Origin: Acidobacteriota bacterium
Lineage (GTDB): Bacteria > Acidobacteriota > UBA890 > WLXD01
Direction: 5' to 3'
Assembly: GCA_965248695.1 (NCBI GenBank)
Contig: CBDFKD010000002.1
Location: forward strand, 5,536,001 to 5,600,000
Length of the DNA: 64,000 bases
This document shows positions 38,394 through 48,935 of this stretch, piece after piece. Each line of letters opens with the position of its first letter. Position 1 is the first letter of the stretch. The notes under the pieces were generated by a model. The model was not told where the DNA came from, ran no database searches, and worked only from the letters and a program-made list of their open reading frames with translations. A program made the translations under genes and the position numbers.

Positions 38394-38981
38394 TCACCCG
38401 GCCCGCAAGAATTGGCGAACACCGTCCATGAACATCTGCACCGCCAACGCCGTGAGCACCATTCCCATCAGGCGCTCGACGGCTAGCAGTCCGCGGCGTC
38501 CCAGCACTCGTCCGAGCGGCTCGGAGACGAACAGGACCGCTCCGGTGATCGCCCAGGCGATGGCCACGGCCGCCAGCCACTCGGGCCAGCGCGAGGGCTC
38601 GCGGTTCATGATCAGCAGGACGGTGGCGAGCGCCGAAGGGCCGGCGACGAACGGGATCGCCAGCGGCACGATAAAAGGCTCGCCGTCGATATCCTCGCCA
38701 CGGCCGCCGGCGGTCGGGAAGGTCATGCGGATGGCGATCAGGAAGAGGATGATGCCACCGGCGATGGTGAGCGAAGGCTCGGCGATGCCCAACACGGCCA
38801 GCAACCGAGCACCGAGAAACAGGAACGCGATCAGGGCGATGAGCGCGAACAGCAACTCGCGCGCCATCACCATCCGACGACGCCCGGCATCGACGTCGGC
38901 AAGCGCCGCCAGGAAGAAGGGGATGTTGCCGACGGGGTCAAGCACCAGCAACAGCAACAGGGTGGCGGAGAGAACGGTCAT
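38394..38981 (-). CDS. MarC family membrane protein
   Basis: LDPVGNIP, AGGIILFLIA, IVPLAIPFVAGP, ERLMG. Confidence 0.93.
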   Translation of the reverse strand: MTVLSATLLLLLVLDPVGNIPFFLAALADVDAGRRRMVMARELLFALIALIAFLFLGARLLAVLGIAEPSLTIAGGIILFLIAIRMTFPTAGGRGEDIDGEPFIVPLAIPFVAGPSALATVLLIMNREPSRWPEWLAAVAIAWAITGAVLFVSEPLGRVLGRRGLLAVERLMGMVLTALAVQMFMDGVRQFLRAG

Positions 38982-39003
38982 GCTCGTCTCCAGCTCGAAA
39001 TGC

Positions 39004-39423
39004 CTACAGCATCTCGCGTCCCGAGAAGTGGAAGGCGAGCTCCTGCGCGGCGGTCTCCGGACCGTCGGAGCCGTGCACGGAGTTGCGCTCGATGCTCTCG
39101 GCGTACAGCGCGCGGATGGTCCCGGGCTCCGCTTCCTCCGGGTTCGTTGCTCCCATCACCTGGCGCAGATGGGCAATCGCGTTCTCGCGCTCGAGGGCAA
39201 CCGCAAAGATGGGCCCGGAGGTCATGAAGTCGCACAGGCTTTCGAAGAACGGGCGCTCGCGATGCACGGCGTAGAACGCCTCCGCCTCGGCGCGAGTCAG
39301 CAGGGTTTTCTTGCAGGCCACGACGCTGAAGCCGTCCTGCTCGTAGTGGGCCAGGATCGTGCCCGCCAGGTTTCGTGCCGTGGCGTCCGGCTTGATCATG
39401 GCCAGGGTGCGCTCTACTGCCAT
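39004..39423 (-). CDS. ndk: Nucleoside diphosphate kinase
   Basis: [23 protein letters not shown]. Confidence 0.98.
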   Translation of the reverse strand: MAVERTLAMIKPDATARNLAGTILAHYEQDGFSVVACKKTLLTRAEAEAFYAVHRERPFFESLCDFMTSGPIFAVALERENAIAHLRQVMGATNPEEAEPGTIRALYAESIERNSVHGSDGPETAAQELAFHFSGREML

Positions 39424-39428
39424 CGGTG

Positions 39429-40358
39429 CTACTCCTCCAGCTTCGTTACGAGCTCGCGGACATGCGCCACGGAGCGGTCAAACTCTGCCTGCTCGGACTC
39501 GGTGAGCTCGATCTCCAGTACCTTCTCCATTCCGTCGATCCCCAGCACCGCCGGGACACCGACGAACAATCCGTCGACGCCGTACTCCCCTTCCAGGAAC
39601 GCCGCCACCGGTAGGATCTTCTTCTTGTCCAGCAGGATCGCCTCGACCATCTCGGCGACCGATTCGCCGGGAGCGTAGTAGGCCGATCCTGTCCCCAGCA
39701 GCTTGACGATCTCGGCGCCGCCGTTGCGGGTGCGATCAACGATCCGGCTCACCTGCTCGCTGCTCATGAGCTCGGTGATCGGTACGCCGGCCACGGTCGA
39801 GTACCGCGGCAGCGGCACCATGGTGTCGCCGTGGCCGCCGAGCACGAAGGCGTGGGTGTTCTCGACCGAAACACCGAGCTCCATGGCGATGAAGGCACGG
39901 AAGCGCGCCGAGTCTAGAACCCCGGCCATGCCCATGATCCGCTGACGCGGAAAGCCCGACTTCTGCTGCGCCACGTAGACCATGGCATCGAGCGGGTTGG
40001 TCACCAGGATCAGGATCGAATCCGGCGAGTACTTGACGACCTCCTCGACCACACCGCCGACGATCTGGACGTTCTTGAACAACAGATCGTCACGGCTCAT
40101 GCCCGGCTTGCGGGCCAGACCGGCGGTGATCACGACGATGTCGGAATCCTGCGTGTCGACATAGCTGTTGGTGCCGGCGATCTTGCAGTCGCCGCCGACG
40201 ATCGGCGTTGCCTCCATCATGTCAAGCGCCTTGCCCTGCGGCATGCCTTCGACAATGTCGACGAGGGTCACGTCTGCAAGCCGCCGATTCACCAGGCTGT
40301 AGGCGCACGTTGCCCCGACATGTCCGGCGCCAACGATGCTGACCTTCTTGAGAGCCAT
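39429..40358 (-). CDS. mdh: Malate dehydrogenase (LDH-like)
   Basis: [30 protein letters not shown]. Confidence 0.97.
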   Translation of the reverse strand: MALKKVSIVGAGHVGATCAYSLVNRRLADVTLVDIVEGMPQGKALDMMEATPIVGGDCKIAGTNSYVDTQDSDIVVITAGLARKPGMSRDDLLFKNVQIVGGVVEEVVKYSPDSILILVTNPLDAMVYVAQQKSGFPRQRIMGMAGVLDSARFRAFIAMELGVSVENTHAFVLGGHGDTMVPLPRYSTVAGVPITELMSSEQVSRIVDRTRNGGAEIVKLLGTGSAYYAPGESVAEMVEAILLDKKKILPVAAFLEGEYGVDGLFVGVPAVLGIDGMEKVLEIELTESEQAEFDRSVAHVRELVTKLEE

Positions 40359-40361
40359 GAC

Positions 40362-41612
40362 TCAGTTCTCCATGTTGTCGACGAGCGCCCGACCGAACTC
40401 CGAGCAGCTCAACAGCTTCGCGCCTTCCATTTGGCGCTCGAGATCGTAGGTAACTGTCTTCTCGTGCAACGTCCTCTCCAGGGCACGCTCGATCAGCCGC
40501 GCCGCCTCCGGCCAGCCGAGGTGGTCGAACATCATGACGCCGCTGAGAATCAGTGAGGACGGGTTCACCTTGTCTTGTCCGGCGTACTTGGGGGCGGTGC
40601 CGTGCGTCGGCTCGAAGAGCGCCACTTCATCGCTCATGTTGGCCCCCGGCGCCACACCGAGCCCACCGACCTGCGCCGCGGTCGCATCGGAGATGTAATC
40701 GCCGTTCAGGTTCGGGGTGGCGATGAGGTCGTACTCGGATGGCCGCAACAGCACTTGCTGGAACATGGCGTCTGCGATGCGGTCCTTGATGACAACTTTG
40801 CCCGCCGGCACCTCCCCGCCGTGGTCGTCCCAGAGCTCCGTCTCGGTGAGCGTGACGTCGGCGAACTCCTCGCGGGCGAGCTCGTAGCCCCAGGCGCAGA
40901 AGGCGCCCTCGGTGAACTTCATGATGTTGCCTTTGTGCATCAGGGTGACGCTTGCACGGTCGTGATCGAGGGCATAGCGGATCGCCTTGCGCACGAGCCT
41001 CTTGGATCCGTACGCCGACATCGGTTTGATGCCGATGCCGCTGTCAGGGCGGATCTCGGCGCCGAGCTCGGTGCGCATGTACTCGATAGCAAGCGCCGCC
41101 TGCTCGCTGCCGGCCTCCCACTCGATGCCCGAATAAACGTCCTCGGTGTTTTCGCGAAAGATCACCACGTCGAGCTTTTCGGGCTCGCGCACCGGCGATG
41201 GCGTACCCCGGTAGTACTTCACCGGTCGCACGCAGGCATACAGATCCAGCCGCTGGCGGAGCGCCACATTCAGGCTACGCATGCCGCCACCTACCGGTGT
41301 CGTCATCGGACCCTTGATGGCAACGCGGTAGTGGCTGATGGCATCGAGGGTGCTCTGCGGCAGCCATTCGCCCACCTCGGCGTGCGCCTTGCCGCCAGCA
41401 AGCAGTTCCATCCAGGCAATGGAGCGAGCGCCGCCGTACGCCGCCGAGACGGCGCCGTCGAACACGTGTCGCGCTGCCACCCAGATATCGGCGCCGATTC
41501 CGTCGCCTTCTAGCCAGCACACGATCGGGCGATCAGAGACGACGAGCTGTCCCTGGCTATCGAGCTCTATACGGACGCCATCTGCTGGCGGCGTGATGCT
41601 CTCGGCGGACAT
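40362..41612 (-). CDS. icd: NADP-dependent isocitrate dehydrogenase
   Basis: [44 protein letters not shown]. Confidence 0.96.
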   Translation of the reverse strand: MSAESITPPADGVRIELDSQGQLVVSDRPIVCWLEGDGIGADIWVAARHVFDGAVSAAYGGARSIAWMELLAGGKAHAEVGEWLPQSTLDAISHYRVAIKGPMTTPVGGGMRSLNVALRQRLDLYACVRPVKYYRGTPSPVREPEKLDVVIFRENTEDVYSGIEWEAGSEQAALAIEYMRTELGAEIRPDSGIGIKPMSAYGSKRLVRKAIRYALDHDRASVTLMHKGNIMKFTEGAFCAWGYELAREEFADVTLTETELWDDHGGEVPAGKVVIKDRIADAMFQQVLLRPSEYDLIATPNLNGDYISDATAAQVGGLGVAPGANMSDEVALFEPTHGTAPKYAGQDKVNPSSLILSGVMMFDHLGWPEAARLIERALERTLHEKTVTYDLERQMEGAKLLSCSEFGRALVDNMEN

Positions 41613-41853
41613 GTCGGCCTCTCGTGGTCGGCTGTCGAATGTGCTCGGTTGCGCGTGGGCCGATCGGCGCGGCGGTCCGAGGACGCGCTCGCTAGCGCGT
41701 TGGACGACAGGCAAGGTGCGGATCGGTGGCGGCCGCCAGCGAGACACCGAGCACCGTCGAAACGCAAGCTATCACGGGCTCCCGGGGGGTTCAAACAGCG
41801 CCGGGCCAGACCCGGAATTGGCTCGCAACGGTCGTGTTGCGGCCACCGGCGGC

Positions 41854-43443
41854 TCAAAACGAGACGACGCGCGCCCAGCGAATATCCGAGTGGTCGAGGA
41901 GCTCGCGGAGCCCGTCCGCGTCCAGCAGCTGATCCATGGCGACCACCGCGATCGCGGTGCCACTCGGCGCGTCGCGGCCCAGGCTCATGTCCGCGATGTT
42001 GATGCCGCGCTGCGCGAGGAACGTGCCGAGCTGGCCTACGACCCCCGGGATGTCTTCGTTCTCGAACACAAGCAGATGACCCTCGAGCTCCGTCTCGACG
42101 GGGATGCGGCCGATTTCCACCAGCCGGCCACGTCCGCCGTCGAAGACCGTGCCGGCCGCCGACTGGCTGCCGGTCTCGGTTACCGCGGTCACTCGGATCA
42201 GGCTCTGGTAGCCGCGCTCCGAAGTGCGCTTGGACTCGTCAACGCCAAGGCCGCGCTGTCGCGCGATCGCCGCAGCGTTCACCACGTTGACCTGATCGCC
42301 CAGGAATGGGCGTAGGTAGCCGGCAAGAATGTGCGCGCTGAGAGGCCGCAACGTATAGCCGGTGATCTCCCCGAAGTACTCGATCTGTAGTCGTTCGATG
42401 TTCTCGAAGCACTGCGACAGCAGAGCACCCAGCCGCTCACCCAGGTGCAGGTAAGGCTCCATGGCGCGTTGCTCGTCCGGCGGCAATGCCTGCACGTTGA
42501 TGGCATGGCGAATCACGCCCTCGGCGAGGTAATCGGCCACCTGTTGCGCGATCCCGGCACCGACACGCTGACGGGCCTCGTGCGTCGCCCCGCCCAGATG
42601 AGGCGTGCCGATGAAGTTCGGGTGAGCGATCAGCGCTTGGTTGTCGGTCGGCTCGGTCTCGAACACGTCGCAGGCGGCGCCGGCCAGCTGCCCGGAATCG
42701 AGCGCCGATAGCAAGGCCGCCTCGTCTATCAGGCCGCCACGGGCACAGTTGATCACTCGAGCGCCGGGCTTCATCGAGGCGATGGCTCGGGCGTCGATGA
42801 GATGTTCGGTGTCGTCCGTCTTCGGAACATGCAGCGTCAGGAAGTCGGCTTGTGGCAGCAGCTCGGCGATGGGGACCAAGTCGATGCCGAGGTCATGCGC
42901 CACCGACGGCGACAGGAACGGGTCAGCACCCAGTACCCGCATCTCCAGACCCCGCGCCCGCCGCGCCACCTCGCGCCCGATTCGACCGAGGCCGATGATG
43001 CCGAGCGTCTTGTCCTTGACCTCCACACCGAGATACGCCGCACGACCCCAAACGCCCTGCTTCAGCGCCGCAGCTGATTGCGGGATGTTGCGCGCCAGCG
43101 CCAGCATCAACGCCGTGGTGTGCTCCGCTGCCGTGACCGTGTTTCCCCATGGCAGGTTCATGACCAGTACGCCGCGTGTGGTCGCTGCGTCGACGTCGAT
43201 GTTGTCAACCCCCACACCGGCACGACCGACCACCTGCAGCAGAGGCGCTGCCTCCAGGGCGGCCGCATCGACGCGGTGTGGCGAGTGCACGATGACGCCC
43301 GCAAACGGCGCGATCACGTCGGACAGGGAGCCAGCCCCTCGATCGGGCGCGTGCTCGACCTCGACTCCGGCAGCCTCGAGAACCTCGCGGCCACCCTCTG
43401 GCAGGCGGCCGCACACCAGCACACGCAGCGGCGACTCAGCCAC
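41854..43443 (-). CDS. serA: D-3-phosphoglycerate dehydrogenase (with ASB and ACT domains)
   Basis: GRAGVGVDN, GLGRIG, NCARGG, TPHLGG, C-terminal ACT; GTG start overlaps the upstream stop. Confidence 0.93.
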   Translation of the reverse strand: MAESPLRVLVCGRLPEGGREVLEAAGVEVEHAPDRGAGSLSDVIAPFAGVIVHSPHRVDAAALEAAPLLQVVGRAGVGVDNIDVDAATTRGVLVMNLPWGNTVTAAEHTTALMLALARNIPQSAAALKQGVWGRAAYLGVEVKDKTLGIIGLGRIGREVARRARGLEMRVLGADPFLSPSVAHDLGIDLVPIAELLPQADFLTLHVPKTDDTEHLIDARAIASMKPGARVINCARGGLIDEAALLSALDSGQLAGAACDVFETEPTDNQALIAHPNFIGTPHLGGATHEARQRVGAGIAQQVADYLAEGVIRHAINVQALPPDEQRAMEPYLHLGERLGALLSQCFENIERLQIEYFGEITGYTLRPLSAHILAGYLRPFLGDQVNVVNAAAIARQRGLGVDESKRTSERGYQSLIRVTAVTETGSQSAAGTVFDGGRGRLVEIGRIPVETELEGHLLVFENEDIPGVVGQLGTFLAQRGINIADMSLGRDAPSGTAIAVVAMDQLLDADGLRELLDHSDIRWARVVSF

Positions 43444-44593
43444 GGGCCTCGAGCACCGCGTTGGCGGCGGCCACCGATGCTCCGGCGCTGACGGAATGTC
43501 CTGCGGTGGCGAGCACCCGCTCCAGGGTGGCGAGCGTTCCCAGCAGGTCGACCTCGTCGATGTACCCGAGGTGGCCGATGCGGAAGACATCGGGCTTGAG
43601 ATCTCCCTGCCCACCGGCGATGAACAAGTCGTGACGCTGGCGCATTGCCGCCACGATCTCAGGTGCCATCCCGGACCGCGGGGCCCGAATCGCTGTCACC
43701 GCCGGGCTCGGAGACGCGGGCGACAACAAGTCGAGCCCCAACGCGGCCACCGCCGCGCGGGTGGCCGCTGCCAGCGCCTGCGCGTTGGTCTCCAGGACGT
43801 CGATCCCACCGGCGTCGGCGATCGCTCCCAGCGCCGCCTGCAACTGCAGGACGAGGCCGGTAGCGGGAGTGAACGGCGTCTGATCGTTGGCCGCCGAGAG
43901 CGCGTACTTGCGCAGGTCGAAGTAATAGCGCGGCTTCTGGCGCTCGTCATGGACGCGGCCCCATCCGCGTTGCGAACACGCCACAAACCCGAGACCCGGA
44001 GGGATCATGAACGCTTTCTGCGAACCGCCGCAGACGGCATCCAGGTCCCAGGCATCCGTCTCGATGGGGAACGCGCCCACCGCGGTGATCGCGTCCACCA
44101 CAATGGCGGCCTCGGGCTCGACTCGCCGCGTCGCTGCGGCAATCTCGGCGACATCGATGGCCGCACCCGTCGAAGTCTCGCTGGCGGTCATTACCAGGCC
44201 GCTCACCGGACGGAAGGCCGCCACAGCTTCCGCGGCGTCGTCAGCGGTCAGGGTCTGGCCGGCGCCCGGCCGGACGGTCTTCACCCGCATCCCGTATGTC
44301 TCGGCCACGTCCACCCAGCGTTCGCCGAACTTCCCGCCAGCCAGCACCACGACCCGGTCGCCGGCGGCGAACAGGTTCACCAGCGCCGCCTCCACGGCCC
44401 CGGTGCCCGACGCCGCCAGCACCGCGACCGGCCCCTCGGTGCGGAAGGCGGCGCGCAGTCCGGTCTGCACGGCCGCGAAGCGCGGCTTGAAGCCGGCGGC
44501 TCGATGATGCGGCAGGGGCTCGCTCGCAGCAGCCCGCGCCGCGGGGTGAACGGGCGCCGGACCGGGGGTCATCAGCCGCAGTTTGCGTATCAT
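43436..44593 (-). CDS. Class V PLP aminotransferase (likely phosphoserine or serine-glyoxylate type)
   Basis: MTPGP, ETSTG, DAIT, GSQKAFMIPPG, TPFTP, RIGHLG; coupled to serA. Confidence 0.9.
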   Translation of the reverse strand: MIRKLRLMTPGPAPVHPAARAAASEPLPHHRAAGFKPRFAAVQTGLRAAFRTEGPVAVLAASGTGAVEAALVNLFAAGDRVVVLAGGKFGERWVDVAETYGMRVKTVRPGAGQTLTADDAAEAVAAFRPVSGLVMTASETSTGAAIDVAEIAAATRRVEPEAAIVVDAITAVGAFPIETDAWDLDAVCGGSQKAFMIPPGLGFVACSQRGWGRVHDERQKPRYYFDLRKYALSAANDQTPFTPATGLVLQLQAALGAIADAGGIDVLETNAQALAAATRAAVAALGLDLLSPASPSPAVTAIRAPRSGMAPEIVAAMRQRHDLFIAGGQGDLKPDVFRIGHLGYIDEVDLLGTLATLERVLATAGHSVSAGASVAAANAVLEARG

Positions 44594-44654
44594 GGCGGCC
44601 AGTGTAACTCAGAAGCGACGGCTGTCTTTCGCCGTCCAGGAGACCGTACAAGCC

Positions 44655-45317
44655 GTGTTCTCAGACCCCGAAATCGACCATGACCGCATCCCCGACACGC
44701 GGTGTGACGGGGTCGCGCGCACCGTGGTGGCGGTCGTCGCGGGCGGGCTGAGCAAGCGAATGGGAGTCGACAAATCGAAGCTCGTGCTCGGCGATCAACC
44801 GCTAGGCGTGTGGCCGGCGCGGGCGCTGTCGGGCTTGGCAGCAACGCGCGTGCAGCTCGGCGGTGACCCGATACCCGGTCTCCACTGGCAGCTGCTCGAC
44901 GACCTGCGCGCCGGATGCGGCCCAGCGGGCGGGATCGAGTCCGGCCTGGCGACGTTCCCCGGAGCCGCCTTGGTAGTGTGCGCCGTCGATTTGCCGTTCG
45001 TACCGACGACATTGCTGGCCGGACTATTGCGTCGTCTGTCCGGCGGTTGCGTCGCCGCCGCACCACATCACGGCGACCGCTGGCACCCCCTGTGTGCGGC
45101 GTACTCCCCGGCCTTTCTGCCACCGCTCCGGGACTGGCTCGATAGCGGGCGGCGTGACCTCCAGCGCCTGCTCGACTCGGTCAGCGCCGTTCCGATCAGC
45201 GGCTCCGATCTGGAAGCCTTCGGCGATCCGGCGGAGCTGCTACGCAATGTCAACACGCCGGACGATCTGGCGGCGGCGCGGGCGTATTTGGGAGCCGAGG
45301 GGGCACCAGAAGTCTAA
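44655..45317 (+). CDS. mobA: Molybdenum cofactor guanylyltransferase
   Basis: AGGLSKRMGVDK, GPAGGI, AVDLPF, HPLCAAY, NVNTPDD. Start uncertain. Confidence 0.88.
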   Translation: MFSDPEIDHDRIPDTRCDGVARTVVAVVAGGLSKRMGVDKSKLVLGDQPLGVWPARALSGLAATRVQLGGDPIPGLHWQLLDDLRAGCGPAGGIESGLATFPGAALVVCAVDLPFVPTTLLAGLLRRLSGGCVAAAPHHGDRWHPLCAAYSPAFLPPLRDWLDSGRRDLQRLLDSVSAVPISGSDLEAFGDPAELLRNVNTPDDLAAARAYLGAEGAPEV

Positions 45318-45361
45318 GCGGGTAGCCGTTTCTCAGGCGGCGCCGAGCGCGCGGTCGCGCC

Positions 45362-46561
45362 TCAGGCGCCGAACTTCCTCAGACGCCCGGCGTGCGCCAG
45401 CACGAGCGGCAGGACGTCCATCGACCGAACGCTCCCGAGGGAGCCCTGCCGGCACGCCCGCTCGCCGAAGGCGCAACGATCCTGGCGAGCACGATCGCTA
45501 TGGATCAGCAAAGGAACCGGATGCCAGGAGTGCGCCCGCATGTGTGACGGAGTCGAGTGGTCTCCGGTGACCATGATCACGTCAAAGTCCGTCCGCAGCC
45601 CGGCGAGCAGCGCATCGGCCTTTTCGATCTCGGCGACCTTGCCGTCGTAGTCGCCGTCTTCTCCGCGGCTATCGGTCGACTTGTAGTGCAGGAAGACGAA
45701 GTCGTGGTCGGCGACCGAGTCCACCGTGGCAGCCAGGGCTTCGACAGTGTCGGCCGCACGGTAAGCGCTCATGCCGGCTAGACGAGCGGCGCCGAGATAC
45801 ATCGGGTAGCTGGCTACGGCGGCAGCCTTCAGGCCGTAAAGATCGGTGAAGCTCGGCAGGGGCTGGAACACGTCGAATCCGCGCAGCAACACGCCGTTGG
45901 CCACGTCCTGGTCGCCCAGCACCTGGCGGGCGCTGTCCACGAAGCGGGCCGCCAGTTCTGCGGTCGGCCTTGCGTCATCAGCCAGAGCCAGAGGTTCGAG
46001 CGCGGGCACGCCGGTGCGCTGCGGGTCGGTGTCGGCAACGCGGCCATCGAGCTCGGCACCGCGCCAAACCACACAGGCGCGATACTGCTTCACATGACGC
46101 ACGCTGCACTCGATGCCGTCTCCCGGATCGATGCCGTCGAGGCGCTCCACGAGCGGCCGTGCCATGACGTCGTCGATGCGACCCGCCCGACGGTCCACGA
46201 CGTTGCCGGCGCCGTCGAGCGTACAGAAATTGATCCGCGCGGCAACGTCTCCGGGGCACAGATCGAACTCCACCCCGAGGGCCGCGAGCACGCCTCGCCC
46301 CACCTGGTTTTCCACCGGGTCATAACCGAACAGGGCAATGTGCGCCGGGCCGCTGCCGGGAGTGATTCCGGGGCGAACCGGCACGGCTAGCCCACACTCT
46401 CCAGCGGCCGCCAGATCATCGAGCGTCGGGGTGCGAGCCGCCTCGAGCTCGGTCAGACGGGTTTCCGCGTTCGGAAGTCCACCCAGGCCGTCGAGCACCA
46501 TGAAGAGGATGCGCCGGTCCGACGGCGTGGCGAGCGAGCGATAGAAATCCAGGCGGTCCAT
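45362..46561 (-). CDS. apgM: 2,3-bisphosphoglycerate-independent phosphoglycerate mutase (ApgM type)
   Basis: LDGLGG, PGSGPAH, GEDGD, TGDHSTP, HSWHPVP. Confidence 0.92.
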   Translation of the reverse strand: MDRLDFYRSLATPSDRRILFMVLDGLGGLPNAETRLTELEAARTPTLDDLAAAGECGLAVPVRPGITPGSGPAHIALFGYDPVENQVGRGVLAALGVEFDLCPGDVAARINFCTLDGAGNVVDRRAGRIDDVMARPLVERLDGIDPGDGIECSVRHVKQYRACVVWRGAELDGRVADTDPQRTGVPALEPLALADDARPTAELAARFVDSARQVLGDQDVANGVLLRGFDVFQPLPSFTDLYGLKAAAVASYPMYLGAARLAGMSAYRAADTVEALAATVDSVADHDFVFLHYKSTDSRGEDGDYDGKVAEIEKADALLAGLRTDFDVIMVTGDHSTPSHMRAHSWHPVPLLIHSDRARQDRCAFGERACRQGSLGSVRSMDVLPLVLAHAGRLRKFGA

Positions 46562-46600
46562 GGAAGGTGAGGCGAGCGGCGACGCTCCAGTCGTGGATGA

Positions 46601-47341
46601 CTACGGCATCGGCGCGGTCGGAACGGGGACTCGGCGAGCATACCACCGAGGCGCGAACCGCAACCACAGCACGGTCAGGAGGATTCCGGTGCCGGCGCCG
46701 ATGGTGCCGCGCACCGTGCCGCTGATCTTCGAGCGCCCCTTGCGAGCGCGGTAGCGCACCGCCACTTCGCGCACCCGGAGGTCGTTCTGCAGCGCCTTTA
46801 CCTGCATCTCGGCGTTCCATCCGTACGCCGGATCCCCCATCCGCAGCTTCTGCAATGCCTGCCAACGGATGGCTCGGAACGGGCCCATGTCCTCGTAGGT
46901 GTGTCCGAACAGCAGGCGAATCAGCGAGGTCGCCAACCAGTTACCCCATCGCACGTGAGGGCCCAGCGCGCCGGCTTCCGCCAGCCGCACTCGACTGCCG
47001 CACACGAGGTCCGCGTCGTCGGCCAGAATCGGCTGCAGCACCTCCTCGAGATCCTGCGGATCGTCGCTGTGGTCGGCATCCAGGATGACGACGATTTCTG
47101 GAGGCTGAGCCATCAGGTGGCGGAGTCCGGCCTGGCAGGCGATTCCGTACCCCGGCCGGTCCTCGACCACCACCTCGACGCCAAGCTTGCGCGCCACCTC
47201 TCCGGTGCCGTCGATACTGCCGTTGTCCACCACGACGACGCGCGGGCGCCGCGCCGATGGAATCTCGGCGAGCACGTGCGGCAGCGCCTGCGCCTCGTCG
47301 CGTGCCGGAATGACGATAGCAATGCCTGGTTCGGTGCCCAT
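46601..47341 (-). CDS. Family 2 glycosyltransferase (polyprenol-phosphate type)
   Basis: IPARDEA, VDNGSID, GYGIAC, DADHSD, DMGPFRAI, SKISGT; TAAACT 7 nt before ATG 47341. Confidence 0.9.
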   Translation of the reverse strand: MGTEPGIAIVIPARDEAQALPHVLAEIPSARRPRVVVVDNGSIDGTGEVARKLGVEVVVEDRPGYGIACQAGLRHLMAQPPEIVVILDADHSDDPQDLEEVLQPILADDADLVCGSRVRLAEAGALGPHVRWGNWLATSLIRLLFGHTYEDMGPFRAIRWQALQKLRMGDPAYGWNAEMQVKALQNDLRVREVAVRYRARKGRSKISGTVRGTIGAGTGILLTVLWLRFAPRWYARRVPVPTAPMP

Positions 47342-47505
47342 GACGGGCAGTTTAGTGTCCAGGACCCTGATACGGGCCGCCTGCATGGCCGTGGTAACCT
47401 GCGGCGCGGTACGGCGTATGTCGCAGCATCGCTGTATCGCCCCCACGTTCTCTTGCCGCCGCGCTGGCAACATCTGGCCGCGTTACCACGTAGGCACGCT
47501 CCTAA

Positions 47506-48315
47506 ATGCTGTTTGCCGCCGTTTCGGTGATGCTCGTGTATACGTCGGTTGGCATGGTGGTTGCCGCGCTGATCGCGCGGCCGCCGACGGGTCCGGGCTT
47601 CTGGCGCCTGACCGTTCTTCTCGCCCTCACAGGTATCGGCCTCGGCGGCGGAATCCGGCTGAGTGGGCTGGCCGCGGCGCTGCCGCACCCGGGCTCCGCG
47701 GCGGTCTTGGCGCTGGCCGTCGCGTCAGCTGCCCTGATTGTCTTCGGCGCGCGCAAGGCCGTCGTGGAAGACGAGCGCCAGAGCTGGCTCCTGGCGTTGG
47801 CCGCTATCGCCGCCGTCGCGTCGATCGCCGTGGATCCGGCGCTGCAACCGGCGACCGGGACCGGCGCTGCAGAGACCTTCGTCTACGTGGTCGGCCTGTT
47901 GACGGTCGCCAGCGCGCTGGGGTCGGTGCTGTTGGCGATGCTACTGGCCCACTGGTATCTCATCGAGCCACGCATGCCGATCGCCCCACTCAATCGCGTC
48001 CTGGGGCTGTTTCTCGCCACCGAGGGCATCAAGCTGGCGCTGGTGTTCGCAGTGGTGGCGATCCATCTACCGGCCTGGAACGCCAACGACGGCGGGCTGC
48101 TACGTGCATTCGTTCTGGGGGACGCGCTGTTCGTCGCGGTGCGTGCAACGCTCGGCGTGCTAGCGCCCTTGGTGCTCGGCTGGATGACCTGGAAGACGGT
48201 GCAGATCCGCTCGATCCAATCGGCGACGGGCATCTTGTATGCTGCGATCGTCTTCGTGCTTTTCGGAGAGGTGATCTCGCTCTACCTCTCGCTCTCGACC
48301 GGACGTCCGTTCTGA
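47506..48315 (+). CDS. Uncharacterised polytopic membrane protein with HWYL and SATGILY motifs
   Basis: About 7-8 TM segments; MLLAHWYL and SIQSATGILY. Confidence 0.75.
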   Translation: MLFAAVSVMLVYTSVGMVVAALIARPPTGPGFWRLTVLLALTGIGLGGGIRLSGLAAALPHPGSAAVLALAVASAALIVFGARKAVVEDERQSWLLALAAIAAVASIAVDPALQPATGTGAAETFVYVVGLLTVASALGSVLLAMLLAHWYLIEPRMPIAPLNRVLGLFLATEGIKLALVFAVVAIHLPAWNANDGGLLRAFVLGDALFVAVRATLGVLAPLVLGWMTWKTVQIRSIQSATGILYAAIVFVLFGEVISLYLSLSTGRPF

Positions 48316-48782
48316 TGGACCACTCGATCGAATGGCGCTGCCCCGAGTGCCAGCGCCCTGACCAGCAGGATCTCGACGGCCACCGGAGCCTGAAGTGTTC
48401 GAATTGCGGCCACCAGGCGGACTATGTAGAGGGCGCTCTCGACGACGCCGGAAGCGTCGTCGACCCGGCGGCGCTGTGCCCCATGTGTGGCTATGACCGG
48501 CTCTTCGCTCAGAAGGACTTCAACCGCAAGATCGGTCTGGCGATCGTGGTAGTCGGCGCGGTGCTCTCTCCCTGGACATACGGGCTCAGCCTCGTGGTGT
48601 TCATGGCGTTCGACTATGGGCTCTATCGATTCGTGCCCGAGATCACCGTTTGCTACGGATGCGATGCAATCCTCCGCGGCTTCGAACACAACCCGCTGCA
48701 CCGAGCCCACGATCCGCTGCTGGCGGATCGCTATCGTCGCGAGGCGCCGATCAACGCGCTCAACGAGGACACCGAACAGTGA
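48315..48782 (+). CDS. Membrane protein with four CxxC motifs (zinc-ribbon-like)
   Basis: CPEC, CSNC, CPMC, hydrophobic hairpin, CYGC; TGATG coupling to the upstream gene. Confidence 0.75.
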   Translation: MDHSIEWRCPECQRPDQQDLDGHRSLKCSNCGHQADYVEGALDDAGSVVDPAALCPMCGYDRLFAQKDFNRKIGLAIVVVGAVLSPWTYGLSLVVFMAFDYGLYRFVPEITVCYGCDAILRGFEHNPLHRAHDPLLADRYRREAPINALNEDTEQ

Positions 48783-48837
48783 GAGAGCTGACGCCGGAAG
48801 CCCAGTTTGACGGCCTCTCGCAGCCGCTGGCAAGGAT

Positions 48838-48866
48838 TTGACACCCTTCTGTATCGAAGGTAGCTT
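48838..48866 (+). promoter_or_regulatory. sigma70 promoter of the respiratory operon
   Basis: TTGACA-17 bp-TAGCTT. Confidence 0.65.
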
Positions 48867-48935
48867 TTACCCGCTCCGCGGCCCGGTGGGGGTGTGCGGC
48901 CACACGATCTGGCAAGGTCCAGAACCGCGAACAGC

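Noticed and set aside
38428-39678. 416-aa plus-strand ORF
   Set aside because: Antisense shadow across marC, ndk and mdh.
42641-44683. 680-aa plus-strand ORF
   Set aside because: Antisense shadow of serA and the aminotransferase; Ser/Arg/Ala-rich with no motifs, as expected in high-GC DNA.
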